In this document: positions 54,213 to 57,401 of the stretch, piece by piece
How positions within the stretch are numbered: the first letter of the stretch is position 1
Layout: each line of letters starts with the position of its first letter
Virus record (IMG/VR): IMGVR_UViG_3300035704_000010
Location: 1-57,401 of that record
Length of the DNA stretch: 57,401 nucleotides
Strand: one strand, 5' to 3'
DNA from: a virus
Lineage: Duplodnaviria > Caudoviricetes
Made by a program: the position numbers and the translations under genes
The notes under the pieces: model-generated
Databases searched by the model: none
The model's input: only the letters and a program-made list of their open reading frames with translations
What the model was told of the DNA's origin: nothing

Positions 54213-54241
54213 AGGACCCTAACGTATCTTGACTTTAGCAC
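54213..54241. repeat. 29-bp imperfect direct repeat, copy 1
   Basis: AGGACCCTAACGTATCTTGACTTTAGCAC; 22/29 identical to 54532-54560. Confidence 0.6.
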
Positions 54242-54277
54242 GGGTAACGACTCCGTATCAAGGCCGCTGGGTCGACA

Positions 54278-54351
54278 CGCGCCGGGCGGGACTCGAACCC
54301 GCACCTGAGACTTCGTTAGGGTCCCGCTCTATCCGATTGAGCTACCGGCGC
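54278..54351 (-). tRNA. tRNA-like gene: Arg-type body with AAC anticodon, no encoded CCA
   Basis: GCGCCGG/CCGGCGC acceptor, GCTC/GAGC D-arm with GGA(20), GCGGG-TTCGAGT-CCCGC T-arm, loop CT-AAC-GA, C31-A39 mismatch. Confidence 0.8.
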
Positions 54352-54427
54352 TCACCTTGGTTACATCATACCGCGCCATCATGCCATATGGGTGGCACGA
54401 ACGTTTGCGATGCTGAAAAGTTTTTGC

Positions 54428-54466
54428 AAAAACGAAAGAGGATCGGGGGCCTATTCCCCGATCCTC
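54428..54466 (-). terminator. Intrinsic terminator
   Basis: GAGGATCGGGG-AATAGGC-CCCCGATCCTC followed by TTTCGTTTTT. Confidence 0.7.
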
Positions 54467-54531
54467 ATCCCGTGGCTCCGGGAGCCCCCAGCCTGCTAAG
54501 TCATGTCATCGTCTGATCTCCGTACAGTAAG

Positions 54532-54560
54532 AGGATCCTAACGTGACTCGGTCTTAGCAC
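54532..54560. repeat. 29-bp imperfect direct repeat, copy 2
   Basis: AGGATCCTAACGTGACTCGGTCTTAGCAC. Confidence 0.6.
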
Positions 54561-54578
54561 CCGTTTCCCGGAAACCGG

Positions 54579-54617
54579 AAAAGCAAAACGCCCCGCCGGG
54601 CATGCCAGCGGGGCGTC
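54579..54617 (-). terminator. Terminator at the end of the late/lysis operon
   Basis: ACGCCCCGCTGG...CCGGCGGGGCGT followed by TTTGCTTTT. Confidence 0.75.
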
Positions 54618-54654
54618 GCGTAGGCGTGCGCACTTGTGCGCACCGAGCGGGAGT

Positions 54655-54966
54655 CTACAGCCCGAGCAGCTGCTTCGCCAACGGCGACGACTCGCGCAGG
54701 GCGAGCACGACCACCTTGTCGGCCTGGCCGTCGAAATCCGCGGCGACGGTTCCGACCAGCGCGGCCTGGTCATTCACGAGGTTGGCGTAGGACGCTTCGA
54801 TCTTCGTCAGCGTCTGGAGTACGCCGCCGGCGAGCGCCAAGCCGGGATCGACGGTTTCGATGGCCGCGAGAACGGCGATGCCGTCGGCGATGTCGTTCGT
54901 GATCGAGTCGGTGGGCTTCCACTGGGAAACGAGCACCGCGAGGGCAGCGATAATTTGCGCAATCAT
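54655..54966 (-). CDS. Hypothetical protein (lysis cassette)
   Basis: 103 aa with AAGGAAAGG RBS. Confidence 0.6.
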   Translation of the reverse strand: MIAQIIAALAVLVSQWKPTDSITNDIADGIAVLAAIETVDPGLALAGGVLQTLTKIEASYANLVNDQAALVGTVAADFDGQADKVVVLALRESSPLAKQLLGL

Positions 54967-55017
54967 GATTTGCGTCGGACCTTTCCTTGATGGAGGGTGT
55001 ATTTTGCTCGAACTAGA

Positions 55018-55329
55018 CTACGTTTTTTGAGGGGCGACGATCGGTTCCGTCGACGTGGTCGTGACGACGGTTGCGCCAGTCAGCGTGCCGTCGGGATGCG
55101 CAACGGCCACGTTTCCGGTCTTCGGATTGATCGCAACCGAAGGCGCCGGTGAATTGAGCAGGTCGTAATACGTCTTGACTAAGCCGGCGATCGCGACGAG
55201 AACCGACAGGACGCCGGCGATCCAGGTCGCGTACTGCGGCAGAAGGCTGCCCAGCGCCGTTGCAACGCCCGCGAGCGCACCCGACGCAATAAGCGTCACG
55301 ATAAGGTAGATCGGCGGTTTCTGATTCAT
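55018..55329 (-). CDS. Putative holin (2 TM)
   Basis: MNQKPP followed by two hydrophobic helices; end of the late operon. Confidence 0.6.
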   Translation of the reverse strand: MNQKPPIYLIVTLIASGALAGVATALGSLLPQYATWIAGVLSVLVAIAGLVKTYYDLLNSPAPSVAINPKTGNVAVAHPDGTLTGATVVTTTSTEPIVAPQKT

Positions 55330-55565
55330 GGGGATTGTGGTCCTTGCAAGGGATGCCGGCATCCGGCCGGTGCGGTCGCCGGCGAGAACGCCGGAAAGTG
55401 AAAGCGCGGGCGGTAGAGAGCGCGCTGCATTGCCCGCGCCTCGCGGCGGATCGCGTCGACGCGAATGACGCGGACGGCAATGGTGACCGGATGCGGCAAT
55501 GCGCAGCGCGGCAACTGCGGTGGCGCAGCGAGGCTCAAAGCCGTCGCCAGGATGATCGCGAGCAA
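55326..55565 (-). CDS. Small exported protein (spanin-like?)
   Basis: Signal peptide-like leader; GAGGAGG RBS. Confidence 0.4.
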   Translation of the reverse strand: MLAIILATALSLAAPPQLPRCALPHPVTIAVRVIRVDAIRREARAMQRALYRPRFHFPAFSPATAPAGCRHPLQGPQSP

Positions 55566-55575
55566 TGCGCCTCCT

Positions 55576-55899
55576 CTACGGGTGGTGGAAGATCAAGGCC
55601 AGCGTGACCGTCGTTGCTAACGAGAGCGCGGCGATGACGATGCTGACTATCGCGATTGCACTTTGCCGGTGCGCCGGTTTTGTCAACGCAGCGGTTTGCG
55701 CGTCGACCTGCTCGGCATCTTCGCGGTCGGATTCGTTCTTTGTAAGGGAATCGACTTTGCCTTCGAGCGTGCGCGTGCGGTCGTACAGTCCTTTTAGATC
55801 GCCAACTTCGCGGGTCAAGCGCTCGATCAGCACCGTATTCGCCGCAGTTATTTTCCCGTGCTCGATCAGCTTATCCAGATACCATTGTTCGTTGTTCAC
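55576..55899 (-). CDS. Coiled-coil protein with C-terminal TM (holin/hemolysin-XhlA-like)
   Basis: Heptad pattern followed by a hydrophobic C-terminus. Confidence 0.55.
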   Translation of the reverse strand: MNNEQWYLDKLIEHGKITAANTVLIERLTREVGDLKGLYDRTRTLEGKVDSLTKNESDREDAEQVDAQTAALTKPAHRQSAIAIVSIVIAALSLATTVTLALIFHHP

Positions 55900-56281
55900 C
55901 CGCCGCGACCCCCGTCCTGAAAAACGTGCAATAAATCCGGGTGGGATGCTCGAGCGGAATGATCGATCGCCCGTCTTGAGCTGCCGACAAGACGAAAAAC
56001 TTTCGGCCTACGAGAGTCGACGTGTTTCCCGATTCGATTCTGACCGAACCCTCGAGTACGGCGACGACGACCTCCGTGTTTACCGGGGGAAGGAATGGAA
56101 TATGGTCGCCGTCCTTTGAGCGGGCGACCATGATGACGAGGTCCTCCGTCAGCTCAGATACCGACGGTTGCCCGATTGTCCACCCAGGGATGTCAACGTC
56201 GGCGATCTGCTCGCGCATCCTATTGAGGTCGTCGAGATACCGTCCGATTTGCTCAGCTGGGTCTAATTGTTTGTCGGTCAT
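55871..56281 (-). CDS. Cupin-like protein
   Basis: EVVVAVLEGSVRI pattern; ATG 56281. Confidence 0.5.
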   Translation of the reverse strand: MTDKQLDPAEQIGRYLDDLNRMREQIADVDIPGWTIGQPSVSELTEDLVIMVARSKDGDHIPFLPPVNTEVVVAVLEGSVRIESGNTSTLVGRKFFVLSAAQDGRSIIPLEHPTRIYCTFFRTGVAAGEQRTMVSG

Positions 56282-56781
56282 TTGTCCGTCCCGCGCGCGC
56301 AAGGCGCCAGCACCGAGAGTACGATCAGTTGCGAAATACTAAGGCGGCGATCGATAAACTCGATCAGCTTGACGAGGTCGGCATTCTGCACCCGAATGCC
56401 GCGATCACTTGGGGTAAGCGGCTGGAACCTGGAGAGCGCGAGTGACGTGGCCATCGTCTCGCCGCCGCCGTGAATCGACTTCTCTGAGCACCGGCCTAGC
56501 GGCAGCGACGGGATCCCTTCGATCTTGACGCGATCGTCGAAAAAGACTTCGGCCTTCTCTGCGACCACGAGAGATTGCACGTCGCGCTGCGTGAGCTCGT
56601 CGATGAAGATGCGTCCGGGTCCGTAATGACGCGTCGACGGCACAAGCCGTTCGGTCATCGGGACGCGATAATGGCCGGCGGCGAGCACGGCGTTCGCGGA
56701 CTTCACTGAAATGCGCTCGCGCCCCGAGTCGAGCACGCGAATCGTTCCGGCGTCGACGATTAGATGGTACACGGCTGCCAC
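56278..56781 (-). CDS. L,D-transpeptidase-fold paralogue lacking the catalytic Cys
   Basis: SIHGGG...QPLTPSDRGIRVQNADL; collinear with the 29889-30437 product. Confidence 0.6.
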   Translation of the reverse strand: MAAVYHLIVDAGTIRVLDSGRERISVKSANAVLAAGHYRVPMTERLVPSTRHYGPGRIFIDELTQRDVQSLVVAEKAEVFFDDRVKIEGIPSLPLGRCSEKSIHGGGETMATSLALSRFQPLTPSDRGIRVQNADLVKLIEFIDRRLSISQLIVLSVLAPCARGTDK

Positions 56782-56828
56782 CGCCTCATTGAACGGGGAG
56801 GGCTCATTCTGCCGGCGAAACTTCCGGG

Positions 56829-57278
56829 ATGACCGAGCAGGCTTTTTGGCAGAGCGTCGACCGTCACCCGACAGGATGCTGGATTTGGCAAAAATGCCTC
56901 GTGCGCGGCTACGGCGTGGCGAGATTTGAGAATCGGCGGCAGCAGGCGCATCGAATCGCCTACAAGCTGACTCAAAACGCGATACCGGCTGGTTTGCAGG
57001 TGTGCCATCAATGCGACAATCCGAGCTGCGTTAGGCCGTCGCACTTGTTTATCGGAACGCGGTCCGACAATATGCGAGACATGCTTAGCAAGGATCGAGC
57101 AAACAGGCCTCGCGGTGAACGCATCAACACGGCCAAACTGACCTCCCAAGAAGTCCTGGAAATACGGGCGCTCTACAATAGCGGGACGATTACGCAAACC
57201 GCACTCGGCAAACGATTTGGTATTAGTCAATACGCGGTTTCGTGCATCGTTAGGCTTCGGCACTGGAAGCACTTCTAG
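56829..57278 (+). CDS. HNH endonuclease
   Basis: GCWIW...AHRIAY...CHQCDNPSCVRPSHLFIGT..DN, C-terminal HTH; stop overlaps the stop of ORF 1-2058 across the junction (CTAG). Confidence 0.9.
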   Translation: MTEQAFWQSVDRHPTGCWIWQKCLVRGYGVARFENRRQQAHRIAYKLTQNAIPAGLQVCHQCDNPSCVRPSHLFIGTRSDNMRDMLSKDRANRPRGERINTAKLTSQEVLEIRALYNSGTITQTALGKRFGISQYAVSCIVRLRHWKHF

Positions 57279-57401
57279 AATTGTTCATACATCACGTCGT
57301 AGTTGCCTGCCGTTATCGCCGTGCTCGCCTTGATGCAGAGCGCCTTGTTATTGTTCGACGCCGCCATGACTTGGCCGACGCCGTTTCCGACGGTAAGCGT
57401 C
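57275..57401. repeat. 127-bp terminal direct repeat (copy 2)
   Basis: Identical to 1-127. Confidence 0.95.

Noticed and set aside
54278-54351. Frameshift- or stop-suppressor tRNA explaining the broken genes
   Set aside because: The best fold gives a 7-nt loop with AAC. The possible four-base codon (CGUU) does not match the broken sites, and all three stop codons are used normally.
54117-54600. Precise attP assignment
   Set aside because: The location next to the integrase is plausible, but no ~50-bp inverted-repeat core could be identified confidently without attB or prophage junctions.
1-57401. Diversity-generating retroelement, retron or group II intron
   Set aside because: No reverse transcriptase motifs and no TR/VR pair seen.

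Overview
The window is an apparently complete, circularly assembled ~57.3 kb temperate siphovirus-like phage genome. Bases 1-127 repeat exactly at 57275-57401, most likely assembler k-mer overlap. Most genes lie on the - strand. From cro they run through early, recombination and replication genes, a pR'-like late promoter, TerS, TerL, portal, MuF, protease, scaffold, MCP, connectors, tail tube, TAC with a -1 frameshift, tape measure and tail-tip genes, then across the junction into a holin cassette. The + strand carries a lysogeny cassette (CI, lipoproteins, large serine integrase) and three of the six free-standing HNH genes. The standout is a Cas7/RAMP-like gene (48905-49525) directly preceded by two arrays of phased GGY-NN pentamers (49537-49680), which looks like a compact phage-encoded RNA-guided system with no other cas genes. 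Other notable items: (1) a tRNA-Arg-like RNA with an AAC anticodon, flanked by two repeats antisense to its anticodon arm; (2) a pair of L,D-transpeptidase-fold paralogues, one with an intact catalytic motif but no normal start codon and one catalytically dead; (3) two glycosyltransferases in the head module; (4) signal-peptide-bearing tailspike-like proteins; (5) a poly-G frameshift. All calls come from reading motifs by eye. No searches were run.
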